DNA of 64,000 bases from a virus, in IMG/VR virus record IMGVR_UViG_3300042516_005163, positions 1-64,000 of that record; one strand, written 5' to 3'. Below are positions 50,738 through 58,873 of this stretch, piece after piece; the stretch's first letter is position 1, and every line of letters begins with the position of its first letter. The translations under genes were made by a program, and so were the position numbers. Under the pieces are notes generated by a model. The model was not told the DNA's origin. It saw nothing but the letters and a program-made list of their open reading frames with translations, and did no database searches.

Positions 50738-51658
50738 ATGAATCTAAAACTTATTAGTACAGAGCTCGTCAAAGTTTCTGATATCGACATTCCTTCTCGA
50801 TTTTACAATCGTATGGCTTGTGGTATTAAAGAATTGGATGATCTCTTCGGTGGTGGTATTCTACCTGGATCTACCTTCACTCTTACAGCTACCCCCGGTA
50901 CTGGTAAAACAACCTTTTTCTTGCAATTGCTCGAAGCTCTTCAGTTAAATGGTTATCAGTGTGGGTTTGTTACTGGTGAAGAAGATGTCGCGCAGATTGC
51001 TTTCAATTGTAAGCGTCTTGGTGTTGCTCATGTTCCAGTTTGTAATGAAACTGATATCAATACGATTTTGAATCTTACGAAGCATCTTGATATTCTGATT
51101 ATTGATTCGTTTCCAACTCTAACTACTACTAAGTCTCTCAATTCTCGGGCTCGTGAGAAATATCTCATCGAAAACATTATTGAGACTGCGACTGAAAATG
51201 ACTGTGCTGTTGGTGTTATTCTCCATATTACCAAGTCAGGTAATTACAAAGGTTCAACTCTCGTACCTCATTCAGTTAGTGCTAACTTCAAACTTGAACG
51301 CGATGAAGAGAATGAATCAATTCGTATTCTTTCAGCTGAAAAGAATCGTTATGGTCGGTGCAGTAATTTGACTATGTATTTCGGGTCTAAGGGTTTTGAC
51401 TTCTCCGAAATCCAAATTTACGATCGTAATAAGAAAGAGAGCAAAGCTGATCGCAACCGACAGATGCTTGATGATGTTATTGAGCTCGCTGCTGATCATG
51501 GTGTTACTCAAAAGCAAATTGTTAAACATCTAAAAGTTAGTTCTAGCAAAGCTTATACTCTTCTTAAAGAACTTACTAATATGGATGAGCTCGTTAAGTA
51601 TGGTCGAGGTGAAAATGCCATTTTCAAAAAAACTTTGAAAAAAGAAGTTGAAGTCTAA
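50738..51658 (+). CDS. RadA/Sms-like RecA-family ATPase, lacking the Zn finger and Lon-like domain, with C-terminal HTH
   Basis: GIKELDDLFGGGILPGS, ATPGTGKTT, VTGEE, LIIDS, LHITKSG and KNRYG (RadA KNRFG). Confidence 0.8.
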   Translation: MNLKLISTELVKVSDIDIPSRFYNRMACGIKELDDLFGGGILPGSTFTLTATPGTGKTTFFLQLLEALQLNGYQCGFVTGEEDVAQIAFNCKRLGVAHVPVCNETDINTILNLTKHLDILIIDSFPTLTTTKSLNSRAREKYLIENIIETATENDCAVGVILHITKSGNYKGSTLVPHSVSANFKLERDEENESIRILSAEKNRYGRCSNLTMYFGSKGFDFSEIQIYDRNKKESKADRNRQMLDDVIELAADHGVTQKQIVKHLKVSSSKAYTLLKELTNMDELVKYGRGENAIFKKTLKKEVEV

Positions 51659-51683
51659 TTTTTAGTTATTATAATGTTTATAT

Positions 51684-51908
51684 ATGAAAAACACAAAGAA
51701 GCTAAACATCAGTCGTGAATGGTACCGCAACTCTAACGTCCGCCCTAAGTCTTTCTTGGTGCGTATGGAGCGTAGTTCAAACGGTGAGTATCGTGTTGCA
51801 AATGCGTACGTTGAAAACGTCGTTAACCAGCATGAGTCTAAGTTCCAGCGCGTTGATGTCCGTGATCTTACATCTGATATCAAGCAGGGTACGATCTTCT
51901 CGTATTAA
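51684..51908 (+). CDS. Small basic hypothetical protein, probably highly expressed
   Basis: Has its own TTGAAG-N16-TATAAT promoter and a strong terminator. Codons are richer in C/G (CGT, CGC, AAC, TAC) than in neighbouring genes. Confidence 0.65.
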   Translation: MKNTKKLNISREWYRNSNVRPKSFLVRMERSSNGEYRVANAYVENVVNQHESKFQRVDVRDLTSDIKQGTIFSY

Positions 51909-51932
51909 TACAATAACAAAATAACCAATATA

Positions 51933-51962
51933 CCTGGAGCGTTAACGCTCCAGGGCTTTTTT
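51933..51962 (+). terminator. Rho-independent terminator
   Basis: Perfect 22-bp palindrome CCTGGAGCGTTAACGCTCCAGG followed by GCTTTTTT. Confidence 0.85.
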
Positions 51963-52127
51963 ATGAAGAGTTTTTTCGTTTGGTGGTTTGTATTGATTGC
52001 AACAGTATTCATTTCAATAATTACCCGCACAATTTATATAATTGCTAATGGTTTGTTAGATATGCATTTATTTTTTGAATGGTGCATGGCTAAAATAGCA
52101 GATTTAGCTGATAACCATATTGATTAA
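51963..52127 (+). CDS. Small membrane protein (54 aa; below the ORF-track cut-off)
   Basis: Hand translation MKSFFVWWFVLIATVFISIITRTIYIIANGLLDMHLFFEWCMAKIADLADNHID*. Confidence 0.45.
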   Translation: MKSFFVWWFVLIATVFISIITRTIYIIANGLLDMHLFFEWCMAKIADLADNHID

Positions 52128-52152
52128 TGCTCACCTTCTAGTAAGTATCTTC

Positions 52153-53028
52153 ATGATACTTTTACTAGGAGCAACAGGTTATGTTGGTACTGCATTTAAA
52201 GAATATTTTGATACCAACAAAATAAACTATTGTACGTATCAGATTAGATTTAATTTTGATGAACATAAATTAATTGAGTTCATTGCTGCAAATAAAGTTA
52301 CTGCAATATTTAACTGTGCGGGTTATACTGGTAAGCCTAATGTAGATACTTGTGAATCAAATAAAGTTGAAACACTTCAAGGTAATGCGTTTTTACCAAA
52401 ACAATTAGATAAAATTTGCCGCAAGCTCTCAATTAAGTTAGTGCAAATTTCTTCTGGTTGCATTTATAATGACACACAATGTGAACAAGGTTTACCACCT
52501 GTTACAGAATCCAGAAATTTTGATACACCTAATTTTACATTTCTCGATAAAAAAGCTTCTTGGTATAGTGGTACCAAAGCTTTAGGTGAAACATTAATCA
52601 ATGACGGGTATAATTTAATTTGTAGACTGCGCATACCATTTAATGGTGATATCAATCCACGCAATTATATCACAAAGATAGTCAACTACAGCAATTTGTT
52701 AAATAGCACCAATTCATTTTCTCAATTAGAAGAATTTGTTGCTGCTGTATACAAATTATATACACTCAATCTCGGTGGCATCTTTAATGTAACCCAACCT
52801 GGTTATATGACCACAAAAGAGGTTGTTGAACTTTTACAGAAACATGAAGTTATTACATGTGATAAACAATACTTCAAAAGTATTGAAGAGTTTGAATCAA
52901 CATGCGCAGCCCCTCGTTCTAATTGCGTATTAGATAGTTCGTATACTGCATTGTATACTAAACTAACACCCATTAAACAAGCAATGGAAGAAGCAATTAT
53001 TAAGTATAAACAACAACTACCAAAATGA
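52153..53028 (+). CDS. NDP-4-keto-6-deoxyglucose 3,5-epimerase/4-reductase (NRS/ER, RmlD-family)
   Basis: LLGATGYVG, FNCAGYTGKPNVDTCE.NK, SSGCIY, PNF..SWYSGTKALGE, RLRIPF..NPRNYITKI and GIFNVTQPG match the NRS/ER (UER1-type) pattern. Confidence 0.8.
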   Translation: MILLLGATGYVGTAFKEYFDTNKINYCTYQIRFNFDEHKLIEFIAANKVTAIFNCAGYTGKPNVDTCESNKVETLQGNAFLPKQLDKICRKLSIKLVQISSGCIYNDTQCEQGLPPVTESRNFDTPNFTFLDKKASWYSGTKALGETLINDGYNLICRLRIPFNGDINPRNYITKIVNYSNLLNSTNSFSQLEEFVAAVYKLYTLNLGGIFNVTQPGYMTTKEVVELLQKHEVITCDKQYFKSIEEFESTCAAPRSNCVLDSSYTALYTKLTPIKQAMEEAIIKYKQQLPK

Positions 53029-53177
53029 GTAACAATCAAGCAGGTAAAGGTGATAAATTACGCAAAGGTGCTGATTTGAAAAAATATTGGGATAATTACG
53101 ATCGCATCTTCAACAAAGATAAGCAGAAGAATGAAAACCATACTGAAACAACTAGCAAAGATAATACAAACAAGTGA
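53025..53177 (+). CDS. Small phage protein (50 aa; below the ORF-track cut-off)
   Basis: MSNNQAGKGDKLRKGADLKKYWDNYDRIFNK...; I recognise GKG..R...Y..NYDRIF as a recurrent small phage protein pattern. The start overlaps the previous stop. Confidence 0.6.
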   Translation: MSNNQAGKGDKLRKGADLKKYWDNYDRIFNKDKQKNENHTETTSKDNTNK

Positions 53178-53259
53178 CACTGAAAGTTTACTAATGTTAG
53201 TATTAATTGTAGTAACTTGGTCATATCTAGGTTATATGATTTTATCATTGTTACAATAA
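53131..53259 (+). CDS. Small single-TM protein (42 aa) immediately before the lysis cassette
   Basis: MKTILKQLAKIIQTSDTESLLMLVLIVVTWSYLGYMILSLLQ*. Its TAA forms the TAAATA of the next gene. Confidence 0.4.
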   Translation: MKTILKQLAKIIQTSDTESLLMLVLIVVTWSYLGYMILSLLQ

Positions 53260-53267
53260 ATACTTTT

Positions 53268-53492
53268 ATGAAAGACACTATTACATCTATTATTTCAACA
53301 AACAAAGGTTGGATCGTCCGCCAAGTTCTTAAATATGCCGCCATGGGTGGTGCTGCATTATCTACTTGGCTTGTTTCTAAAGGTGCAGATGCATCCAGCA
53401 CTGAACTAATTATTTCAGGATTAGTTACGGTGGTATCTGGTAGCTTAGAACTTGTTTTTTCTAAGCTTGCATCTAAAGTTGCTGCTAAATGA
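53268..53492 (+). CDS. Putative holin (start corrected to ATG 53268)
   Basis: 74 aa with two hydrophobic segments and a basic C-terminus. First gene of the lysis cluster. Confidence 0.5.
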   Translation: MKDTITSIISTNKGWIVRQVLKYAAMGGAALSTWLVSKGADASSTELIISGLVTVVSGSLELVFSKLASKVAAK

Positions 53493-53764
53493 TAACAGTT
53501 TGGTTAGAAATAATTAAAAACCTACTTTTGGCTTTGACGGCTTATCTAAACCTCAAAGCCAAAACTTTTTGTATTGACTTGCATGAAAAATCCCATAAAA
53601 AACAAGATGAACTCGTTAATCAAATTCAAGGGCTTACTGCTAAGCCTAGCCCTGCCAATTCTGCTGCTGTTGCCCGCTTGCAGTTGCAATTGCAACAAGA
53701 ACGCGAAAGGCTTGCAGATTTATCAGCCTACTGTCCTAAGAGTCCTCCCAAATCAAACCCTTAA
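53489..53764 (+). CDS. Putative inner-membrane spanin (Rz-like)
   Basis: N-terminal hydrophobic anchor followed by a Q/L coiled coil. Overlapped by a lipoprotein ORF in another frame. Confidence 0.5.
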   Translation: MITVWLEIIKNLLLALTAYLNLKAKTFCIDLHEKSHKKQDELVNQIQGLTAKPSPANSAAVARLQLQLQQERERLADLSAYCPKSPPKSNP

Positions 53765-53894
53765 AACTTGCGATGGTACGTATACCACGCAAGGTGATAA
53801 GTGTGGTTTTGAAAGACTATATTCTGAACAAGAATACATGCGTGTGGTAAATCTTTTAAATTACGGTGTGAAAGGTACTACACCTGCTAAATAA
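53607..53894 (+). CDS. Putative outer-membrane lipoprotein spanin (Rz1-like)
   Basis: MNSLIKFKGLLLSLALPILLLLPA-C signal peptide with lipobox; starts inside the Rz-like gene. Confidence 0.55.
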   Translation: MNSLIKFKGLLLSLALPILLLLPACSCNCNKNAKGLQIYQPTVLRVLPNQTLKTCDGTYTTQGDKCGFERLYSEQEYMRVVNLLNYGVKGTTPAK

Positions 53895-53900
53895 TAATAT

Positions 53901-54476
53901 ATGTCTAGTGAAGAAATTAAAAAAATGCAAGTTAAAATTGGCACCACACCAGATGGTTTTTGGGGTCCAAAAAGCCAAAAAGCTTGCCGTGATTATTTGA
54001 AGAGTTTAATGCCAAAACCGAATCCATGGCCAAGGTCAGATCAAAATTCTTTGCGCAGATTTTACGGGCAACCCGGAGATGAATCAAATCTTGTTGTTGT
54101 GGATTTTCCATTTCAAACCTTTTATCAAGGCAAAGTGGTTAGAAAATTTCGATGCCATAAAAAAGTCGCTAATTCTTTGTTGCGTGTTTTAACAAATATC
54201 AATTCAAAATACAGCAAAAGCCGACAAATAATGGAAGAAGCTGAAGATTTTGGTGGTGTCTATAATTTCAGAAACAAACGAGGCGGCACATCTTTGAGTT
54301 TACATGCTTGGGGTGCAGCAATTGATCTTGATGCTGATGACAATACTTTCCGAGATTCTTGGCCCATGAAAGCTGACATGCCGCTGGAAGTTATGGAAGA
54401 ATTTGCAAAAGAGGGGTGGTTGAGTGCTGGTGCTTTTTGGGGTTATGATGCAATGCACTTCCAAGCTACCCAATGA
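53901..54476 (+). CDS. Endolysin, M15-family Zn peptidase with a short PG-binding-like N-terminus
   Basis: QVKIGTTPDGFWGPKS, FGGVYNFR.KRGG..LSLHAWGAAIDLD and DAMHFQ; Zn ligands intact. Confidence 0.85.
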   Translation: MSSEEIKKMQVKIGTTPDGFWGPKSQKACRDYLKSLMPKPNPWPRSDQNSLRRFYGQPGDESNLVVVDFPFQTFYQGKVVRKFRCHKKVANSLLRVLTNINSKYSKSRQIMEEAEDFGGVYNFRNKRGGTSLSLHAWGAAIDLDADDNTFRDSWPMKADMPLEVMEEFAKEGWLSAGAFWGYDAMHFQATQ

Positions 54477-54492
54477 TTGTTTAAATTAACAG

Positions 54493-54521
54493 TTGATATT
54501 CTATAGGAAATACACTATAAT
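54493..54521 (+). promoter_or_regulatory. TTGATA-N17-TATAAT promoter containing GGAAA-N5-TATAAT, 6 nt before the pseT ATG
   Basis: GTTGATATTCTATAGGAAATACACTATAATTAGTGTATG. Confidence 0.7.
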
Positions 54522-54527
54522 TAGTGT

Positions 54528-55424
54528 ATGAAAAAACAGAAAATTATCTTGACCCGTGGTCTGCCTGCGAGCGGCAAAACTTCATGGAGCAAGGAGCAGG
54601 TTGCCAAAAGCAATGGCAAGGTGAAGCGCGTCAACAAGGATGATCTTAGAGAAATGGTAGACAATGGCATTTGGTCCAAGACCAATGAGCAGATGATTCT
54701 CAATGCTCGTGACGCTCTTGTTACTCTCTTTATTAGCAACAAAGATGTGGAAGCTGTGATTGTTGATGATACCAACTTTGAAGAGAAACATTTTAATACC
54801 ATGGTTGGGTTTGCTGATGCATTCAACCGTCTCCACAACAACAACAGAGACATTACCGTTGAATACAAGGACTTCTTGGATGTGTCTCTTGATGAGTGTC
54901 TGCATCGTGATTCTTTGCGTACCAAACCTGTTGGTGAAAAGGTCATCAAGGGAATGCATCAGCGTTATATTTTACCAACTATTCAAGATGTGTTTACAAA
55001 TGTCAAAAATGGTAATACAATTATCTGTGATATTGACGGATGTGCAGCACATCGTTGTGATCGTAACTGGTTTGAATATGACAAGGTCATCAATGATGAG
55101 CCAGATTTTGCAGTTCGCAACATTGTAAATGCTTTTTATGATAAAGGGTATAATATTCTCTTTGTATCAGGCCGTGAAGGCACAGCGATTTGTAGAGAGC
55201 TCACTCAACGCTGGCTTAACGAGAATGGATTTAAACACCATGCTCTTTATATGCGCAAAGAGGGGGATTATAGAAGAGATTCTATTGTCAAGAAGGAAAT
55301 CTATGACGAGCAGATCAAAGATAAATATGTTGTTGAATTTGTTCTAGACGATCGCAGCAGCGTCGTCGCAACTTGGCGTGAAATTGGGCTTAAATGTCTT
55401 CAAGTCCAACCGGGTGATTTTTGA
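54528..55424 (+). CDS. pseT: Polynucleotide 5'-kinase / 3'-phosphatase (T4 PNKP-like)
   Basis: Kinase: GLPASGKT, NKDDLR and VDDTN. HAD phosphatase: DIDG, VSGR, MRKEGDYRRDSIVK and DDR. Confidence 0.92.
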   Translation: MKKQKIILTRGLPASGKTSWSKEQVAKSNGKVKRVNKDDLREMVDNGIWSKTNEQMILNARDALVTLFISNKDVEAVIVDDTNFEEKHFNTMVGFADAFNRLHNNNRDITVEYKDFLDVSLDECLHRDSLRTKPVGEKVIKGMHQRYILPTIQDVFTNVKNGNTIICDIDGCAAHRCDRNWFEYDKVINDEPDFAVRNIVNAFYDKGYNILFVSGREGTAICRELTQRWLNENGFKHHALYMRKEGDYRRDSIVKKEIYDEQIKDKYVVEFVLDDRSSVVATWREIGLKCLQVQPGDF

Positions 55425-56352
55425 GTCTACCAGGTATTAGATTACAGGCTGCTGCTTCTTCTGGTAGCAGCCTGTAATTTTTAATACCATCGTTAAAAAA
55501 ACGAGTATTAGGCCTTGCAAAACCACCTCTATTCTTCTGTATATAATGCCTGCCGCATCTCCACCCATTTTTAATAAGTTCTTCTGCTTCTGGATGTGAC
55601 ACTTTTTTTGTTTGAACTCCATCTGTAACACAGACGCCTCTTGATTTGTTGTGCGTGCTCTTCATATTATCTAGTGCTATTTTAGAAAATACTCTGCCTT
55701 TTTTAGCACCCTGTTGAAGATATAATTCTACTTCACTTTTAACAACTTGAAAAGCTTTATCTGCACCCGGAAAATGCATCCAAACAAACCCTGCGCGTTC
55801 TTTGTTTGCATTTACTCTAGACTGTCTTGCGCTATCTGTTGATGCGGCACCTTTTACCCAGCCACACCTCATATAATTATCAAGCTCTTCTTTTGGTATT
55901 TCTTTAGTAATACCATCCTTTTTAACTCTCACTTTATTACTACGAATAGTTTTCATTAATGTAGATACATTTTTTCTAAAATGTTCAAATAAATGTGAAT
56001 TAATATATCGTTTGCTGTTCATTGAAGGTGCATTATTCGACATTTTTCCAAACGCACTCAACATACTAAAATATTTGTCTGTTCCCTTATAAATTTTGCA
56101 CAGCAGAAAGTGACAAATGAAGTGCTCACGGGCCGTTAAAAATACAATATTGCTTTTTGTTTTTTCAAATTTCTTATCTACACTTCTTGGGATGATGTGG
56201 TGAGCTTCTACATACCCAAAATCTTTATTAAGTTGTTTCCTGTTATAGCCTCTTTGTGCTCCTTTACTACATATGCTCAAGTACCATTTTTGATACTTGG
56301 ATTGTTTTGTAGTATATTGAAAATGTAAAATAAAAGTTGAAATATCATTCAT
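55390..56352 (-). mobile_element. HNH homing endonuclease gene (Mob-like), antisense to and overlapping the 3' end of pseT
   Basis: YVEAHHIIPRS...NIVFLTAREHFICHFLL, followed by repeated DG..K.V...E...Y...GW..G DNA-binding modules. Confidence 0.8.
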
Positions 56353-56396
56353 AATATATTATATTTATTCTTGACCGCACATTATCACATAGATTT

Positions 56397-56825
56397 ATGG
56401 AAAAGGAAATTAACTTACTAGCAACAACAGATGCTTCTGTTTGGGCATCTGAATTTAAGAAAATTCTCGACAAACAAGGGGTTCATCTAATTAAAGATGA
56501 AGATTGGCTACACACATGGTTTGCTAATGCCATCATGTGCGGATATGATCATGGTTGTAGCGATCGAGATAATCAATACATTTACATCTTAAAATCTCAT
56601 ACAGGTGAAATTGTAAAGATTTATGATTTTGAACCAACAAGTTATGAGATGGATAGAGATTATTATACATACTTGAATCAACCATCTACAGGCTATAGTG
56701 TAGGAATTGCAGGTTGGAATTGTATTTTGTATAGATGGCGCAAAATTGATACCTACTTAAAAGATCAGCCAATTCAAGTTTGGAATGGTAAAGCTGAAAC
56801 AGCATATAACTGGAAAGAAATTTAA
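56397..56825 (+). CDS. Hypothetical protein
   Basis: 142 aa; contains DASVWASEF...WFANAIMCGYD. Confidence 0.6.
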   Translation: MEKEINLLATTDASVWASEFKKILDKQGVHLIKDEDWLHTWFANAIMCGYDHGCSDRDNQYIYILKSHTGEIVKIYDFEPTSYEMDRDYYTYLNQPSTGYSVGIAGWNCILYRWRKIDTYLKDQPIQVWNGKAETAYNWKEI

Positions 56826-56828
56826 TTT

Positions 56829-57293
56829 ATGAGCTTACTACAATATGCAAAAGATGAATTGGATCGAATTGGCATGACTGCTGATGGTGATGAGTATAAT
56901 GCAATGATGCGCAATCACATCTTGCACATGGTAGAGGAATTTAGCAAAGAAGGTCATTCTGGTTTCTCTGCTAATTATGCCATCAGTTGTTTGCAGAAGT
57001 TACTGCGCTTTGAGCCACTATCACCTCTTACAGGGGAAGATAGTGAGTGGGAGAGTGTGCGACATCTTGGTGATGATCCACATTATCAAAATAAACGTTG
57101 CAGCAGAGTCTTTAAAGACAAAGATGGTAATTGCTATGACATTGAAGGTTATGTTTATTACAACTGGGCAACAGATGAAGATGGTAACAAGTACAAAAGC
57201 TGTTTCACTGGAGGTAATAAGCCCTGCAAAGCTGTTACATTCCCATATACACCCACAACTGAATACATAGAAGATACCCAAGCAAATGTTTGA
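56829..57293 (+). CDS. Conserved phage hypothetical protein
   Basis: F.KEGHSGFSA...LLRFEPLSPLTGEDSEW...QNKRCSRVFKD...VTFPYTP, a pattern I recall from many phages. Confidence 0.7.
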   Translation: MSLLQYAKDELDRIGMTADGDEYNAMMRNHILHMVEEFSKEGHSGFSANYAISCLQKLLRFEPLSPLTGEDSEWESVRHLGDDPHYQNKRCSRVFKDKDGNCYDIEGYVYYNWATDEDGNKYKSCFTGGNKPCKAVTFPYTPTTEYIEDTQANV

Positions 57294-57708
57294 CAAAACA
57301 TACAACACTTACGATAATAGCATTGATTTTCCTGATGAAATTAATGTAAATCATAATTATGCTCCAACTACCAAGCAGATTAAACTGCTGAGAGAAATGG
57401 AGAAAGAAGTTAAGGATAGTGTTTTGGATTTGGTTAAAATTCAAGATAATAAATTAAACTTTAATTTCTTCATTCGATGCAACAATGACTGTTTTAATCA
57501 ATATGAGTATGTAATCGTATACACTCTCAATGGTGAAGAACGCAAAGTCTCCCATACATTTGAAACTGTAAGTCAGAGTCCTAAAGAAGCACTCAAAGCA
57601 GTATTTGATAAAATGTCAAATGATGTAGTAAACTGCTGCATTAGTAAAAATGCAGAGAAAATAATGAACTCGTTGAGCAAAGTGTTCTCAACCAAACAAT
57701 TCAAATGA
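57286..57708 (+). CDS. Hypothetical protein
   Basis: 140-aa ORF translationally coupled to its neighbours. Confidence 0.6.
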   Translation: MFDKTYNTYDNSIDFPDEINVNHNYAPTTKQIKLLREMEKEVKDSVLDLVKIQDNKLNFNFFIRCNNDCFNQYEYVIVYTLNGEERKVSHTFETVSQSPKEALKAVFDKMSNDVVNCCISKNAEKIMNSLSKVFSTKQFK

Positions 57709-58496
57709 GACATTTTCACTGCATAAGATCAGAGGGTGAGCATAAAGGGTGGCGCTGTTGGTTGTATCCTTTTGCTAACGTTCTTGGATCACATCACGAC
57801 AAGTTCAACATTGGCATTGAGTTTTACCCCTGGACTGACAACGGGTTGCCAGGCATTAGTTTTGGATTGAGAGCTGATCCAGAAAGCACTATTCATGGTT
57901 CAATTAAAATTCCATTTTTGCTTGCTCTGTATGTGCACATTGATGCAGGCATGCTGGGTTACAAGCCATGGTGGCGCAAGCTATTGAGGTTGAGCGAAGA
58001 TAGAAAGTATGATGGACGCAATTGGGGTATTCGCTGGTCACCAAGTTACGGCTGCATTGATGGAGGCTCCATTGATATTAATCTTGGATCTTACGACAAT
58101 TGTTGGTCATCAAAAGATCCTAAATGGTTGAGCATGCATTTTTATCCACAGCGCATTTTGTGTGGCAAAACTACTTACACTGAACATGATAATGGAACTA
58201 CTGAGCACAAAGTCTTAATCAAAGGCAATAGAGATTATCCTGACAAAGAGTATACTTTGAGTTGCAAAGAATACATCTCAACATGGACTTGGAAGCGTTT
58301 CAAAAAACCACTTGTTATAACTCGTTATGATGTTAATAGTAATGAGGGTATTCCACATCCTGGCAAAGGTACTGCATGTTACAACTGTGATGAAGGTAGC
58401 TTTTCAGGACAAACATGTCCGGCAGAAAGTAGACAAAATGCAGTTGATAAGTTTGTAGAGCAAGCATATTGGTATAGGAAGAATTACCCTCTATAA
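57705..58496 (+). CDS. Hypothetical protein (Trp/Cys-rich)
   Basis: 263-aa ORF with ATGA coupling. Confidence 0.6.
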   Translation: MRHFHCIRSEGEHKGWRCWLYPFANVLGSHHDKFNIGIEFYPWTDNGLPGISFGLRADPESTIHGSIKIPFLLALYVHIDAGMLGYKPWWRKLLRLSEDRKYDGRNWGIRWSPSYGCIDGGSIDINLGSYDNCWSSKDPKWLSMHFYPQRILCGKTTYTEHDNGTTEHKVLIKGNRDYPDKEYTLSCKEYISTWTWKRFKKPLVITRYDVNSNEGIPHPGKGTACYNCDEGSFSGQTCPAESRQNAVDKFVEQAYWYRKNYPL

Positions 58497-58501
58497 TCTA
58501 A

Positions 58502-58517
58502 GGAAAATAGATACAAT
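58502..58517 (+). promoter_or_regulatory. GGAAA-N5-TACAAT promoter motif, 6 nt before ATG 58524
   Basis: GGAAA ATAGA TACAAT TAATAT ATG. Confidence 0.55.
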
Positions 58518-58523
58518 TAATAT

Positions 58524-58727
58524 ATGGCACTAACAGATTGTCCCAAATGCTGGATGGTAGAAGAGCACTGCAATTGCAATTTACACGCCAAATTTTACAG
58601 CAAAGAAGAAGTTGATAAATTAACATCTGAAGCTTATAATCAAGGCTATGAAGATGGTAAAGTATTCTTCTACGGTATGACAAGTAAGGATGAAGAAAGA
58701 GTTAAACAAATAGCAAAAACATTATGA
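58524..58727 (+). CDS. Small protein with N-terminal CxxC...CxC Zn-binding motif
   Basis: MALTDCPKCW...HCNC. Confidence 0.6.
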   Translation: MALTDCPKCWMVEEHCNCNLHAKFYSKEEVDKLTSEAYNQGYEDGKVFFYGMTSKDEERVKQIAKTL

Positions 58728-58873
58728 ACGAAGAAACAGTAACAATCAGTAAAAAAGAATACGAAAGCCTCAAAGAAGACGCTCGCTGGCTTCAATGCTT
58801 GGAAAATGCAGGCGTTGATAATTGGGAGGGCTATGATTATGCACGTGAACTTTGGAGAGAAGAAAATGACTAA
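58724..58873 (+). CDS. gp5.9-like putative RecBCD inhibitor (49 aa; below the ORF-track cut-off)
   Basis: MNEETVTISKKEYESLKEDARWLQCLENAGVDNWEGYDYARELWREEND*. The VTI...L...GVDNW.GY..A.E pattern recalls T3-type gp5.9. Confidence 0.6.
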   Translation: MNEETVTISKKEYESLKEDARWLQCLENAGVDNWEGYDYARELWREEND

